Assembly (NCBI GenBank): GCA_031423615.1
Contig: JANPFV010000082.1
Span: 4,208-68,207 of the forward strand
Direction of reading: 5' to 3'
Source: Candidatus Omnitrophota bacterium
GTDB lineage: Bacteria > Omnitrophota > Gorgyraeia > Zapsychrales > JANLHA01
Length of the DNA stretch: 64,000 nt
This document shows positions 30,059 to 39,712 of this stretch, piece by piece. How positions within the stretch are numbered: the first letter of the stretch is position 1; each line of letters starts with the position of its first letter. The translations under genes and the position numbers were made by a program. A model generated the notes under the pieces. The model was not told the DNA's origin. It did no database searches and worked only from the letters and a program-made list of their open reading frames with translations.

Positions 30059-31375
30059 TTAACGTCCAACAACATCGACAGATTTTAAATTATTCTTCTT
30101 TAGGGCCTTGGCCCCAATATCGCGGCGGAAAAACATGTGATCAAATTTAATTTTTTCTACAGCAAGATAAACTTTTTTAATCGCATCTTTAATAGTGGCT
30201 CCCAAACTGACCACACTCAAAACCCGTCCTCCGGCCGTAATAATACTGTTGTCTTCTTTCTTTGTTCCCGCATGAAAAACCGCGGTGTCGTTCTCGGCTT
30301 CGGCCATATCCAACCCTTTGATTTCAAAACCCGTTTCATATTTCCCGGGATAACCCCCGGAACTCATCACGACACAAACGCAGGCTTGCTTGTCCCACTT
30401 CAGCTGAATTTCATTCAATCGTCCTTCACAGCTGGCCAGTATCATTTCTAAAAGATCATTTTTCAAACGAGGCAATACCGCCTGCGTTTCGGGATCGCCG
30501 AATCGGACATTGTATTCTAAAACTTGCGGCCCCTGGGGTGTGATCATCAATCCGGCATACAGCACACCTTTAAAAGGAATTCCTTCGCGGGCCATACCGC
30601 GGATGGTCGGCTCAATCACCCGCGCTTCTATTTTTCGTAAAAGCGTTTCCGTAACGATGGGCGCCGGTGAATACGCACCCATGCCTCCGGTGTTCGGTCC
30701 TAAATCATCGTCGAAAATACGCTTATGGTCCTGGGCCGATTCAAGAAGCAAATAATTTTCCCCGTCGCAAATCGCCAAAATCGATACTTCTTCGCCGGCT
30801 AAGAAATCTTCAATCACAACCGTTGCCCCGGCTTGCGCAAAAATTCTTTCTGTCATGATTTGGTTGATGGCCAGCGACGCTTCTTCCAATGTTTGACAGA
30901 TGACAACCCCTTTACCCGCGGCCAGTCCGTCAGCTTTAACGACTAAAGGAAATTGGGCATGATTCAAAAAAGCCAGAGCGTCTTCAACGCGGTCAAACGG
31001 CATGAAGGTCGCCGTCGGTATATTACACCGTAACATAAATTCTTTAGAAAAGACCTTACTACCTTCCAATTGGGCCGCCGCTTTACTCGGACCAAAGATT
31101 TTAAATCCGGCTTTTTCAAATTGATCGACAATACCGGCCGTCAATGGCGCTTCCGGGCCTACGACCGTCAGGCCGATCTTTTCTTTCTTGGCAAATTTTA
31201 ATAAACCGGCGATGTCATCACTCTGAATATTCACACACTCCGCAAGCGTCGCAATCCCCGGATTGCCCGGGCAACAATACAATTTCTCCAAGAGCGGGCT
31301 CTGTTTTAATTTCCACGCCAGGGCATGTTCACGGCCCCCGGAGCCAATCAGCAAGACTTTTAATTTCTTTTCCAT
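30059..31375 (-). CDS. purD: Phosphoribosylamine-glycine ligase; start re-assigned to MEKKLKVLLIGSGGREHA.
   Basis: ATP-grasp fold with GSGGREHALAW. Confidence 0.9.
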   Translation of the reverse strand: MEKKLKVLLIGSGGREHALAWKLKQSPLLEKLYCCPGNPGIATLAECVNIQSDDIAGLLKFAKKEKIGLTVVGPEAPLTAGIVDQFEKAGFKIFGPSKAAAQLEGSKVFSKEFMLRCNIPTATFMPFDRVEDALAFLNHAQFPLVVKADGLAAGKGVVICQTLEEASLAINQIMTERIFAQAGATVVIEDFLAGEEVSILAICDGENYLLLESAQDHKRIFDDDLGPNTGGMGAYSPAPIVTETLLRKIEARVIEPTIRGMAREGIPFKGVLYAGLMITPQGPQVLEYNVRFGDPETQAVLPRLKNDLLEMILASCEGRLNEIQLKWDKQACVCVVMSSGGYPGKYETGFEIKGLDMAEAENDTAVFHAGTKKEDNSIITAGGRVLSVVSLGATIKDAIKKVYLAVEKIKFDHMFFRRDIGAKALKKNNLKSVDVVGR

Positions 31376-31379
31376 AAAT

Positions 31380-32381
31380 TTATACAAATTTTATTTTTTG
31401 CGAAACATCCTTGACCACTTCGCCTATCACAAAATTTTTTACACCCTGTTTTTTTAAAATCGCTCTTACCTTGCTAATATTTTGCGGCGGGGTGATAAGG
31501 ACCATGCCGATTCCCATATTGAATGTCCGAAACATTTCGGAATCGGCTATTTTACCCTTTTTTTGGATTTTTTGAAAGATTTCCGGCACCGGCCAACTGT
31601 CGCGGCGGATCTGAAAACATTTTCCGGCCGGCAAGATTTTTGTCATCTTTTCATAAAATGCACCGCCCGTGACATGCGCGATCCCATGAATCCGCTGTTT
31701 TGCTAAAACCGCCAAGACCGGCTTGACATAAATCCTCGTCGGTGTCAAAAGGTCTTGAGCCCATGTCTTTTGCTCCTGTGCCGAAAGAGCTTTCCGCGCC
31801 AAACTATAACCATTGGAATGCAGACCGCTGGAAGCCAAACCGATCACCGCATCGCCATTTTTGATTTTCGATCCGTCAATGATGTACTTTTTTTCAACAA
31901 CGCCAACTGTAAATCCAGCCAAATCATATTCATCTTCTTTATAAAGGCCGGGCATTTCTGCGGTCTCGCCGCCAATCAAAGTGCAGCCCGCTTGACGGCA
32001 TCCTTCGGTCACACCTTTGATCACCTCATGCAAAACTTCCGGCTTCACTTTCCCACAGGCGATATAATCCAAAAAAAACAAAGGCTTAGCTCCCACGCAC
32101 AACACATCATTGACATTCATCGCGACCAAATCAATTCCTACGGTGTCATGTTTATGAGCTCCCATCGCCAGCAAAAGTTTGGTCCCCACCCCGTCCGTCG
32201 AAGACACCAAAACGGGCTTTTGATATTTTCCCTTCAACTCAAAAAGTCCGCCAAAGGAACCTTTGCGGCTCAAGGCGCCTTTGATCATAGTCGATTTTAC
32301 CAAAGCACCTATTCCGTCGACAAAACGGTTCGCCTGATCGATATCCACACCACTGTCTTTATATGTTAAACCCTTTTTCAT
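31380..32381 (-). CDS. purM: Phosphoribosylformylglycinamidine cyclo-ligase (AIR synthetase).
   Basis: Full-length PurM similarity (e.g. GVDIDQANRFVDG). Confidence 0.9.
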   Translation of the reverse strand: MKKGLTYKDSGVDIDQANRFVDGIGALVKSTMIKGALSRKGSFGGLFELKGKYQKPVLVSSTDGVGTKLLLAMGAHKHDTVGIDLVAMNVNDVLCVGAKPLFFLDYIACGKVKPEVLHEVIKGVTEGCRQAGCTLIGGETAEMPGLYKEDEYDLAGFTVGVVEKKYIIDGSKIKNGDAVIGLASSGLHSNGYSLARKALSAQEQKTWAQDLLTPTRIYVKPVLAVLAKQRIHGIAHVTGGAFYEKMTKILPAGKCFQIRRDSWPVPEIFQKIQKKGKIADSEMFRTFNMGIGMVLITPPQNISKVRAILKKQGVKNFVIGEVVKDVSQKIKFV

Positions 32382-33181
32382 ATCAGCTGTTTCTTCACAT
32401 ACTCAACGCCGTTTTCAAAAATCTTTGCGCCCTGACCCCGCTTTTCCTTCATTCCCCGGCGTGTCCAAGAGGGATGCTGGATCGAAAGAAAATGACGTTC
32501 GGGATGCGGCATCAATCCTAACACCCGGCCCGTCGAATCCGTGATCCCGGCAATGTTATCGACGGCATTATTGGGATTTTGCGGATAAACCGGTTGTTCT
32601 CCCTTTTCATCACAATAACGCAAGACAACTTGACCATTATCTATCAAATATTTTAAAACTTTATCGTCGGCCGGAACAAATTTTCCTTCCGCATGCGCCA
32701 CGGGTAAATAAATAACATCGGTCATGCCCTGGGTCCAGACCGAATGTCCGTCGGGCTTAAGGTGAACCCAGCGGTCTTCGAATTTTCCGGAATCATTGTG
32801 CGTCAATGTGACACTTTGGATAAATTCCGGATCGCCATTTTTATGACTCCGCCCCGGCAAAATCCCCGCCCGCGCTAAAATCTGGAAGCCATTGCAAATG
32901 CCAATAATCAATTTTCCGTCGATAATAAAGCGTTTTAACTCATCTCCCAACCGCAACCGAAGCTCATTCGCCAAAATGCGGCCGGAAATGATGTCATCGC
33001 CGTAACTGAATCCGCCGGGAATAGCCAGAATCTGATAATCCCGCAGATTCTTTTCCCCGCTCAGAAGACGATTGACATGCACGCGCTCAGCGATAGCGCC
33101 CACGCTTTCAAAAGCGAAAACCGTTTCACGATCGCAATTGGTGCCGGCGGTGCGTAAGACTAGGACTTTGGGTTGAACCAT
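32378..33181 (-). CDS. purQ: FGAM synthase glutaminase subunit.
   Basis: Class I glutamine amidotransferase with GICNGFQ and HPE motifs. Confidence 0.9.
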   Translation of the reverse strand: MVQPKVLVLRTAGTNCDRETVFAFESVGAIAERVHVNRLLSGEKNLRDYQILAIPGGFSYGDDIISGRILANELRLRLGDELKRFIIDGKLIIGICNGFQILARAGILPGRSHKNGDPEFIQSVTLTHNDSGKFEDRWVHLKPDGHSVWTQGMTDVIYLPVAHAEGKFVPADDKVLKYLIDNGQVVLRYCDEKGEQPVYPQNPNNAVDNIAGITDSTGRVLGLMPHPERHFLSIQHPSWTRRGMKEKRGQGAKIFENGVEYVKKQLI

Positions 33182-33870
33182 TTTTTAGGATCGATCAAAT
33201 TCGCAAAATTCTGTTTAGTATAAAAATCCTTGATCTCTTTGATCACTTCATCGGCCGTATCGACCACGGTGAACATATTGAGGTCTTTCGGGTCAATGTT
33301 TCTTTCCACTGCGACCGTGTGCTTAAGCCAATCGAGCAGGCCCTTCCAGTAGTGAGAACCCACCAGAATGACCGGAAATGTTTCGATCCGTTTGGTCTGG
33401 ATTAACGTCAAACTTTCAAAAAGCTCGTCGAGTGTGCCATATCCTCCGGGAAAAATGACAAAGGCCTTGGCGTATTTGACGAACATGACTTTGCGGCAAA
33501 AAAAGTAATGAAAATTGATCAGGGTTTTAACATACTCATTCGCCTTTTGTTCAAAAGGCAAATCGATATTCAGCCCCACGGACTCGCCATTGGCTTCGGT
33601 GGCGCCCTTGTTTCCCGCTTCCATGATTCCCGGCCCCCCACCGGTAATGACGGTGAAACCTTCCTTGACCAAGAGCGCCGTTGTTTTTTCGGCGAGTTTA
33701 TAAAATTTGTCGGATTTTTTCGTGCGCGCCGAACCAAAAATACTCACGGCGTCTCCCACGCGAGACATTTCATCAAAACCCTCGACGAATTCAGCCATAA
33801 TACGAAAAACACGCCAGGGGTCTTCCATCCGCGTTAATTCTTCTTGCGCTCTTGTTTTTTTATTGGCCAT
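33160..33870 (-). CDS. LOG-family (TIGR00730) cytokinin riboside 5'-monophosphate phosphoribohydrolase-like protein.
   Basis: PGGYGTLDEL and TGGGPGIMEA motifs. Confidence 0.8.
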   Translation of the reverse strand: MANKKTRAQEELTRMEDPWRVFRIMAEFVEGFDEMSRVGDAVSIFGSARTKKSDKFYKLAEKTTALLVKEGFTVITGGGPGIMEAGNKGATEANGESVGLNIDLPFEQKANEYVKTLINFHYFFCRKVMFVKYAKAFVIFPGGYGTLDELFESLTLIQTKRIETFPVILVGSHYWKGLLDWLKHTVAVERNIDPKDLNMFTVVDTADEVIKEIKDFYTKQNFANLIDPKKWFNPKS

Positions 33871-33894
33871 TCCATTCTCCCTTGAATAAAACGT

Positions 33895-36801
33895 TTACCA
33901 GCGAAGCGGGGCTTGCCAGGCTTCTTTCAAATCATCAATATGCGCATTCACGCACACGTTCTTTTTTAAACCATAAATTAAAAACTCCGGGCTTTCTTCA
34001 ACCCGGCCAATACAACGGGCCGGCACGCCTTTAAGAATTTTTGCAAACGCTCTTTGTTTTTCCGGTTCAACCTCGACGATAAAACGGGAGTGTGATTCTG
34101 AAAAAAGAATAGTATCGTCCCGATCGATCTTTTTTTTGCAAGGCACTTGGTCTAAACGCACTGTGACCCCAAAGCCGCCGCTGAAAGCCATTTCGGCCAA
34201 AGCCACACCTAACCCTCCTTCAGAACAATCATGGATGGACCTGACCAAACCGGCTTTAACCGCGTGGGACAAAACTGAAAAAGTTTTTAAAGCCGCTTTA
34301 AAATTCACTTGCGGCACATGAGGGCCCACAAAACCATGGTTAGCATAATAAATCGATCCGCCCAATTCCGCCAATGTATTTCCGACGACATAAATCAAAT
34401 TGCCGGACTTTTTAAAGTCCATCGTCAAACACCGATGGACATCCTCAATAATTCCTATCGCGGAAATCAAAATGGTTCCGGGAATGGCAATGGATTCTTT
34501 TCCGACGGCAAATTCATTATACAAGCTGTCCTTGCCGGATATAAACGGCGTTCCATACGCCATGGCCGCTTTATAACAGCCTTCGGCACAGCGCACCAAT
34601 CCGCCAAGACGGTCCGGTTTGTCGGGGTTACCCCAACAAAAATTATCCAGCAGAGCCACCTGCTTCAGATCTCCTCCGACGCTGATGATCTGGCGGATCG
34701 CTTCATCGATGCATCCGGCCGCCATCCAAAACGGATCAATTTGACCGTAACGGAAATTGACACCATTGCTGATCGCGATCCCTCGCTTTGAACCAAGTTT
34801 GGGAGTCACGACCGCCGCGTCCGACGGCCCGTCGGAATTCTTTCCCACCAAAGGTTTAATGATACTTGCACCCTGCACTTCATGATCGTACTGGCGGATG
34901 ATCCATTCCTTAGAGCAAACATTCAAATGGGATAGAGCCTCAAAAAGCGAATCATTCAGGTCTAAAGGAGCCCTCAATTTGACGTCTTTGTGTCGGGGAA
35001 AAACCCATAGGGCTTCTTTGGTAATATCCGGAATCCCCTCGTGCAAAAACTCCATTTCCAAGTCGCCGACTTGCACATCATTGTAAAAAAGTTTGAGGCA
35101 GCGATCTTTATCGAACTGGCCTATGACGGTGGCTTCCACGTTTTCGTCACTAAAAATCTTTAAAAGTTTTTGGGCTTTTTGGGGCGGGACCGACATAACC
35201 ATGCGTTCCTGCGATTCCGATATCCAAATTTCAGAGTACGACAATCCTTGATATTTCAGCGGGACTTTTTCCAAATAAACCGTCGCCCCCAAATCTTGGC
35301 CCATTTCTCCGACGGCGCTGGATAAACCACCCGCCCCGCAGTCCGTAATCGCGGAATAAAGCCCCATATCGCGCGCTTTCAAAAGAACATCAAGGACTTT
35401 CTTTTCCTGAATGGGATGGCCGATTTGCACCGCGCCGGAAGAAACGGTTTCACTTTCCTCCGTCAATTCGCCGGAGGAAAAAGTCGCGCCGTGGATCCCG
35501 TCGCGGCCCGTCCGTCCACCGACGACGACAATCAAATCGCCGGAAAATGTTTTTTTCTTTTCCATGCCTTTGGGTAAAATACCGACCGTCCCGCAAAACA
35601 CCAGGGGATTCCCGATAAATCCCTCATCAAATAAAACCGCCCCGTTTACCGTCGGAATTCCCATTTTATTGCCGTAATCCCTCACACCGCTGACAACGCC
35701 TTTCATGACGCGCTTGGGATGGAGGGTCCCAGCGGGCAATTTTTTAAAATCCATATCCGGAGGAGCAAAACAAAAAACATCCGTATTGCAAATTGGCCTT
35801 GCGCCCAAACCGGTGCCGAGAATGTCACGTATGACGCCGCCCAATCCGGTATTGGCCCCACCGAAAGGTTCTAAAGCACTCGGGTGATTGTGGGTCTCCA
35901 CTTTAAAACACACATGGTGATCCTGATCAAATTTAATGACGCCGGCATTGTCATAAAAAACCGAAACACACCATGACTTATTCATGCTATACGTCGCTTT
36001 TGCGATCGTTGACTTCAAGAGATTGCGGATGATTTTAGTTGTGGTCTTTAAGCCTTGCTTGACACGGTAACGAATATTGCCGCGGAAAGTTTTATGGTGG
36101 CAGTGTTCGCTCCACGTCTGCGCCACGGTTTCTAATTCGCAATCCGTCGGGTTGCGGTCCAATTTCTTAAAATATTTTTGAATCGCCTTCATTTCCGCCA
36201 AATTGAGAAAAAGCTGGCCTTGCTGACTCAATTCTAAAAGTTTTTTATCCGGCGCATCCATCAGTTCGACTAAAAGGATTTTAAACGGGGCCGGTGCTAA
36301 TCCGGCCAGCGATGTCTGCGACGGCACAACACTCTTGACCACATGCTGGATCAATTTATTGGAAAGAACTTTTTCCACAATGAGATGATGTTGCGAATCA
36401 GAAATCTTTCCTTTGAGGTGATACTGCTTGGCCGTGCGGACACTTTTCGCCGAATCAATGCCCAAGTCACGGATGCCTTTCAATGTCGATTCCTCGACGG
36501 GATCCATGACACCGTTGTTGTAAGCAATTTCAACGACATGATCGTTTTGGGTCTTTTGGGCCGGTGGTTTATATTCCTGGGCCAGACAAACATCATATTC
36601 CTGAGTGATTTGATCGGTGAGGAGTTGGCTAGCAATGAGCTGGGCTTGTTCGGCGGTTAAATCGCCATCAATAGTATAAACCTGCACAATCCGGACATCT
36701 TCAAGACCCCGCAATCCCAAGTCCGCGATATCTTTTTTGATGCCCGCCGCCGCAGGATCAAAAACACCTGCTTTTTCTTTTATTTCCGCACGCCAGATCA
36801 T
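33895..36801 (-). CDS. purL: FGAM synthase subunit II with an N-terminal PurS domain fused to it (PurS-PurL).
   Basis: The first ~80 aa are PurS-like (EIKEKAGVFDPAAAG...VRIVQVY), followed by a full PurL with two AIRS repeats; the total is 968 aa. Confidence 0.85.
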   Translation of the reverse strand: MIWRAEIKEKAGVFDPAAAGIKKDIADLGLRGLEDVRIVQVYTIDGDLTAEQAQLIASQLLTDQITQEYDVCLAQEYKPPAQKTQNDHVVEIAYNNGVMDPVEESTLKGIRDLGIDSAKSVRTAKQYHLKGKISDSQHHLIVEKVLSNKLIQHVVKSVVPSQTSLAGLAPAPFKILLVELMDAPDKKLLELSQQGQLFLNLAEMKAIQKYFKKLDRNPTDCELETVAQTWSEHCHHKTFRGNIRYRVKQGLKTTTKIIRNLLKSTIAKATYSMNKSWCVSVFYDNAGVIKFDQDHHVCFKVETHNHPSALEPFGGANTGLGGVIRDILGTGLGARPICNTDVFCFAPPDMDFKKLPAGTLHPKRVMKGVVSGVRDYGNKMGIPTVNGAVLFDEGFIGNPLVFCGTVGILPKGMEKKKTFSGDLIVVVGGRTGRDGIHGATFSSGELTEESETVSSGAVQIGHPIQEKKVLDVLLKARDMGLYSAITDCGAGGLSSAVGEMGQDLGATVYLEKVPLKYQGLSYSEIWISESQERMVMSVPPQKAQKLLKIFSDENVEATVIGQFDKDRCLKLFYNDVQVGDLEMEFLHEGIPDITKEALWVFPRHKDVKLRAPLDLNDSLFEALSHLNVCSKEWIIRQYDHEVQGASIIKPLVGKNSDGPSDAAVVTPKLGSKRGIAISNGVNFRYGQIDPFWMAAGCIDEAIRQIISVGGDLKQVALLDNFCWGNPDKPDRLGGLVRCAEGCYKAAMAYGTPFISGKDSLYNEFAVGKESIAIPGTILISAIGIIEDVHRCLTMDFKKSGNLIYVVGNTLAELGGSIYYANHGFVGPHVPQVNFKAALKTFSVLSHAVKAGLVRSIHDCSEGGLGVALAEMAFSGGFGVTVRLDQVPCKKKIDRDDTILFSESHSRFIVEVEPEKQRAFAKILKGVPARCIGRVEESPEFLIYGLKKNVCVNAHIDDLKEAWQAPLRW

Positions 36802-36947
36802 AAAGGGGGGAAACTCTTATATTTATCAAAATTCTTATATTTTTTTGAACTGCAAGGGGGCAACCGAGGAGCGAAGCGAGGCGTACTAAAAAGTACGTTA
36901 AGCGAGCACCGAAGTTGCAACGAAGCAGATCGCCAAACGCAAAAATC

Positions 36948-37652
36948 TTATTTGCTGACGCGACTTAAGACTTCCTGATAGGCTTCTTCGATATTTCCCA
37001 AATCCCGTCGAAAGCGGTCCTTGTCCAGCTTATCACCCGTTTTGGCGTCCCAAAGCCGGCACGTGTCCGGTGAAATCTCGTCAGCGAGAATAATTTTGCC
37101 TTTATATTTACCAAATTCCAACTTAAAATCAATCAATTTGATATTAAGAGAGGCAAAAAATTTGAGCATGAGCTCATTAATTCTTAAAGTGTATTTCTTG
37201 ATTTGATCCACATCTTCATCGGTAGCGAGTTTAAGCGCCCGGATGTGCGTTTCATTAATCAGGGGGTCGTTGAGCTTGTCTTCTTTATAACAAAACTCCA
37301 GAACCGGACAAGCTAATGTCGATCCTTCTTCAATGCCCAAAATCCTGCACAAAGAACCAGCCGCAACATTGCGGATAATGACTTCCAAGGGAACGATTTG
37401 AACCCGCTTGACCAACATTTCACGATCACTCAAAGATTTTTCAAAGTGGGTCGGAATGCCGGATGCCATCAAATATTCAAAGATCTTGGTTGAGATCTTG
37501 TTATTGATGATCCCCTTATCATGAATAGATCCTTTTTTCGCCGCATTAAACGCCGTAGCATCATCCTTAAAATATTGAATCAAAAGATCCGGGTTGTCGG
37601 TCGTATAAAGGATTTTAGCTTTACCTTCATAAATTTGCTCGCGCTTTTCCAT
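36948..37652 (-). CDS. purC: SAICAR synthetase.
   Basis: YEGKAKILY N-terminus and full-length PurC similarity. Confidence 0.9.
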   Translation of the reverse strand: MEKREQIYEGKAKILYTTDNPDLLIQYFKDDATAFNAAKKGSIHDKGIINNKISTKIFEYLMASGIPTHFEKSLSDREMLVKRVQIVPLEVIIRNVAAGSLCRILGIEEGSTLACPVLEFCYKEDKLNDPLINETHIRALKLATDEDVDQIKKYTLRINELMLKFFASLNIKLIDFKLEFGKYKGKIILADEISPDTCRLWDAKTGDKLDKDRFRRDLGNIEEAYQEVLSRVSK

Positions 37653-37673
37653 AATGATCCTCGCAATGAATAA

Positions 37674-38969
37674 TTATTTTAATCCCACACGTTTAAAAAT
37701 AAAATCCCGATAACGAGTATAATATTTGATGTCAAAACAGGCATCGATTTCGCTAGGCTTCAAATACTTGCGCACCTTGCGTTCACGATAAAGCACTTCT
37801 TTGAAATCGGAGGTGTCCTGCCAGACCTGCATCGCACAATGTTGAATAATATCGTAAGCTTCTTCGCGGGTCAAACCTTTCTTCATAAGTTCCAAAAGTA
37901 CGCGCTGGGAATAAATCAAGCCGTTGGTTTTGGTTAAACTGGCGATCATGTTCTTGGGATAGACCAGTAATCCATCGATAATAGGAATAAATTTCGCCAA
38001 CATATAATTCAAAATCGCGGTGCTGTCCGGGATGATGATACGTTCGACGGAAGAATGGCTGATATCCCGTTCATGCCACAGGGCGATGTTTTCGAATGAA
38101 GCCTGGGCATTGGAACGCAAAAGACGAGACAAACCGGAAATTCTTTCGCAAGTCACCGGATTGCGTTTGTGCGGCATGGCGGAAGAACCGATCTGGCCTT
38201 TAAAGAAAGGTTCTTCGACTTCCAGGACCTCGGTTTTTTGTAATAAACGGATTTCCGTAGCAAATTTATTAAGAGAAGAACCGATCAAGGCCAGAGTGGT
38301 GATGAATTGGCAATGAATATCGCGCTGAATGATTTGGGTAGCGATATTGGCGGGTTTAAGCCCCAGTTGCGCGCAAACATATTCTTCGACGTGAGGATCG
38401 ATATTCGCATAAGTTCCGACCGCGCCGGAAAGCTTCCCGACTCGCATGTTTTCGCGGGCTTGCTCCATGCGGTCTAAATTTCTTTTCATTTCATCGTACC
38501 ACACTGCCAGTTTCAAACCAAAGGTCATGGGCTCGGCATGAACACCGTGCGTGCGGGCAATGCAATTGGTGTCTTTATATTTTTTGGCTTTGATTTTAAG
38601 GACGGTCAAAAGCTTGCGGATGTCGGCGATGATAATATCACTGGCTTCGACGCATTGCACCGACAATGTGGTATCTAAAAGATCCGAAGACGTCAAACCC
38701 ATATGAAGATAACGGGCTTCCGGCCCCAGATAGGAACCGACATTATTGATGAAAGCCACGATATCGTGTTTGGTGCGTTCTTCTAATTTTTGGATTTCTT
38801 CAAGATTAAATTTAGCGTTCTTTTTGATCTTTTCGAGGGCTTTTTTGGGAATATGACCTAACTTACTCATTTCTTCGCAAGCTAAGACCTCAATCTTAAG
38901 CATAATCTGAAATTTATGCTCATCGGTCCAAATGCTTCCCATTTTGGATAATGTGTAGCGTTCGATCAT
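37674..38969 (-). CDS. purB: Adenylosuccinate lyase; start re-assigned to MIERYTLSKM.
   Basis: Fumarate lyase signature GSSAMPHKRNP; AAGGAGA lies 8 nt before the internal ATG. Confidence 0.9.
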   Translation of the reverse strand: MIERYTLSKMGSIWTDEHKFQIMLKIEVLACEEMSKLGHIPKKALEKIKKNAKFNLEEIQKLEERTKHDIVAFINNVGSYLGPEARYLHMGLTSSDLLDTTLSVQCVEASDIIIADIRKLLTVLKIKAKKYKDTNCIARTHGVHAEPMTFGLKLAVWYDEMKRNLDRMEQARENMRVGKLSGAVGTYANIDPHVEEYVCAQLGLKPANIATQIIQRDIHCQFITTLALIGSSLNKFATEIRLLQKTEVLEVEEPFFKGQIGSSAMPHKRNPVTCERISGLSRLLRSNAQASFENIALWHERDISHSSVERIIIPDSTAILNYMLAKFIPIIDGLLVYPKNMIASLTKTNGLIYSQRVLLELMKKGLTREEAYDIIQHCAMQVWQDTSDFKEVLYRERKVRKYLKPSEIDACFDIKYYTRYRDFIFKRVGLK

Positions 38970-39181
38970 GTGATTTTCTCCTTTTCGTGAATGAAAACTC
39001 AAGTAATATAACAGAAGAAAATTTCTAAATCAATCGAAAAGAAAAAATTGCTTGTCTTTTTTGCGGCCTTAAGTCATTTAAAAGAATAGAGTTACGTTGA
39101 AAAACAGGTAGAGAAAGCTACGCCCCGCAAGTCATAAGCCTAATGACAATAGATATTTACAAAAATTTTCCCAATACGAAA

Positions 39182-39640
39182 TTATTTCGGAGCTGTTTGG
39201 GACGTAGCCGGTGTTTCGATTTTGCTGACTTTATCTTGAAAATATTGGCCGGAGACTTCCATGACTTCAGTCATTAATTGGGAAGTTAAAGCGAGATTCT
39301 TGGCGCCAATGGGACTTTTGTAAAAGGCGATCAATTCCCTGATTTCATCCGGGGTAAAATGCTTGGCATAAATCGGAATAATGTTATCGATAATGGCATC
39401 GCTTTGCAATGCGTCACGCAATTGTTTTTGGGATTCGGCGGGAGCCTGTTTAATTATATCTTCAAAAATACGGATAATGCTGGCGCGCATGCCGTTGGCT
39501 TCCAAAAGACGACGGACCAGTTCCTTTGTTTCCGCCGGAACCGGGGCAGCCGCTGGACTTGTTTTGGGAGCCACCTGGGCAAAGGTGTTGGATGAAAGCA
39601 CAATAACAAACACGACCGCGAAAGCTAAAATTCTACTCAT
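39182..39640 (-). CDS. Secreted DUF2059-family protein.
   Basis: Signal peptide plus the IIPIYAKHFTPDEIRELIAFYKSPIG motif. Confidence 0.55.
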   Translation of the reverse strand: MSRILAFAVVFVIVLSSNTFAQVAPKTSPAAAPVPAETKELVRRLLEANGMRASIIRIFEDIIKQAPAESQKQLRDALQSDAIIDNIIPIYAKHFTPDEIRELIAFYKSPIGAKNLALTSQLMTEVMEVSGQYFQDKVSKIETPATSQTAPK

Positions 39641-39712
39641 GTCCTCTCCTTAATAATAAATATTAATAAATGGGATTTTCAATTTTAGTCATCATATCAC
39701 AAGTCATTTTCG

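Noticed and set aside
39003-39181. Purine riboswitch in the 179-nt region upstream of purB.
   Set aside because: I found no conserved purine-aptamer motifs (such as the UAUA...GGGA...UUUCUACC pattern). It is more likely a promoter plus the weak terminator of the upstream DUF2059 gene.
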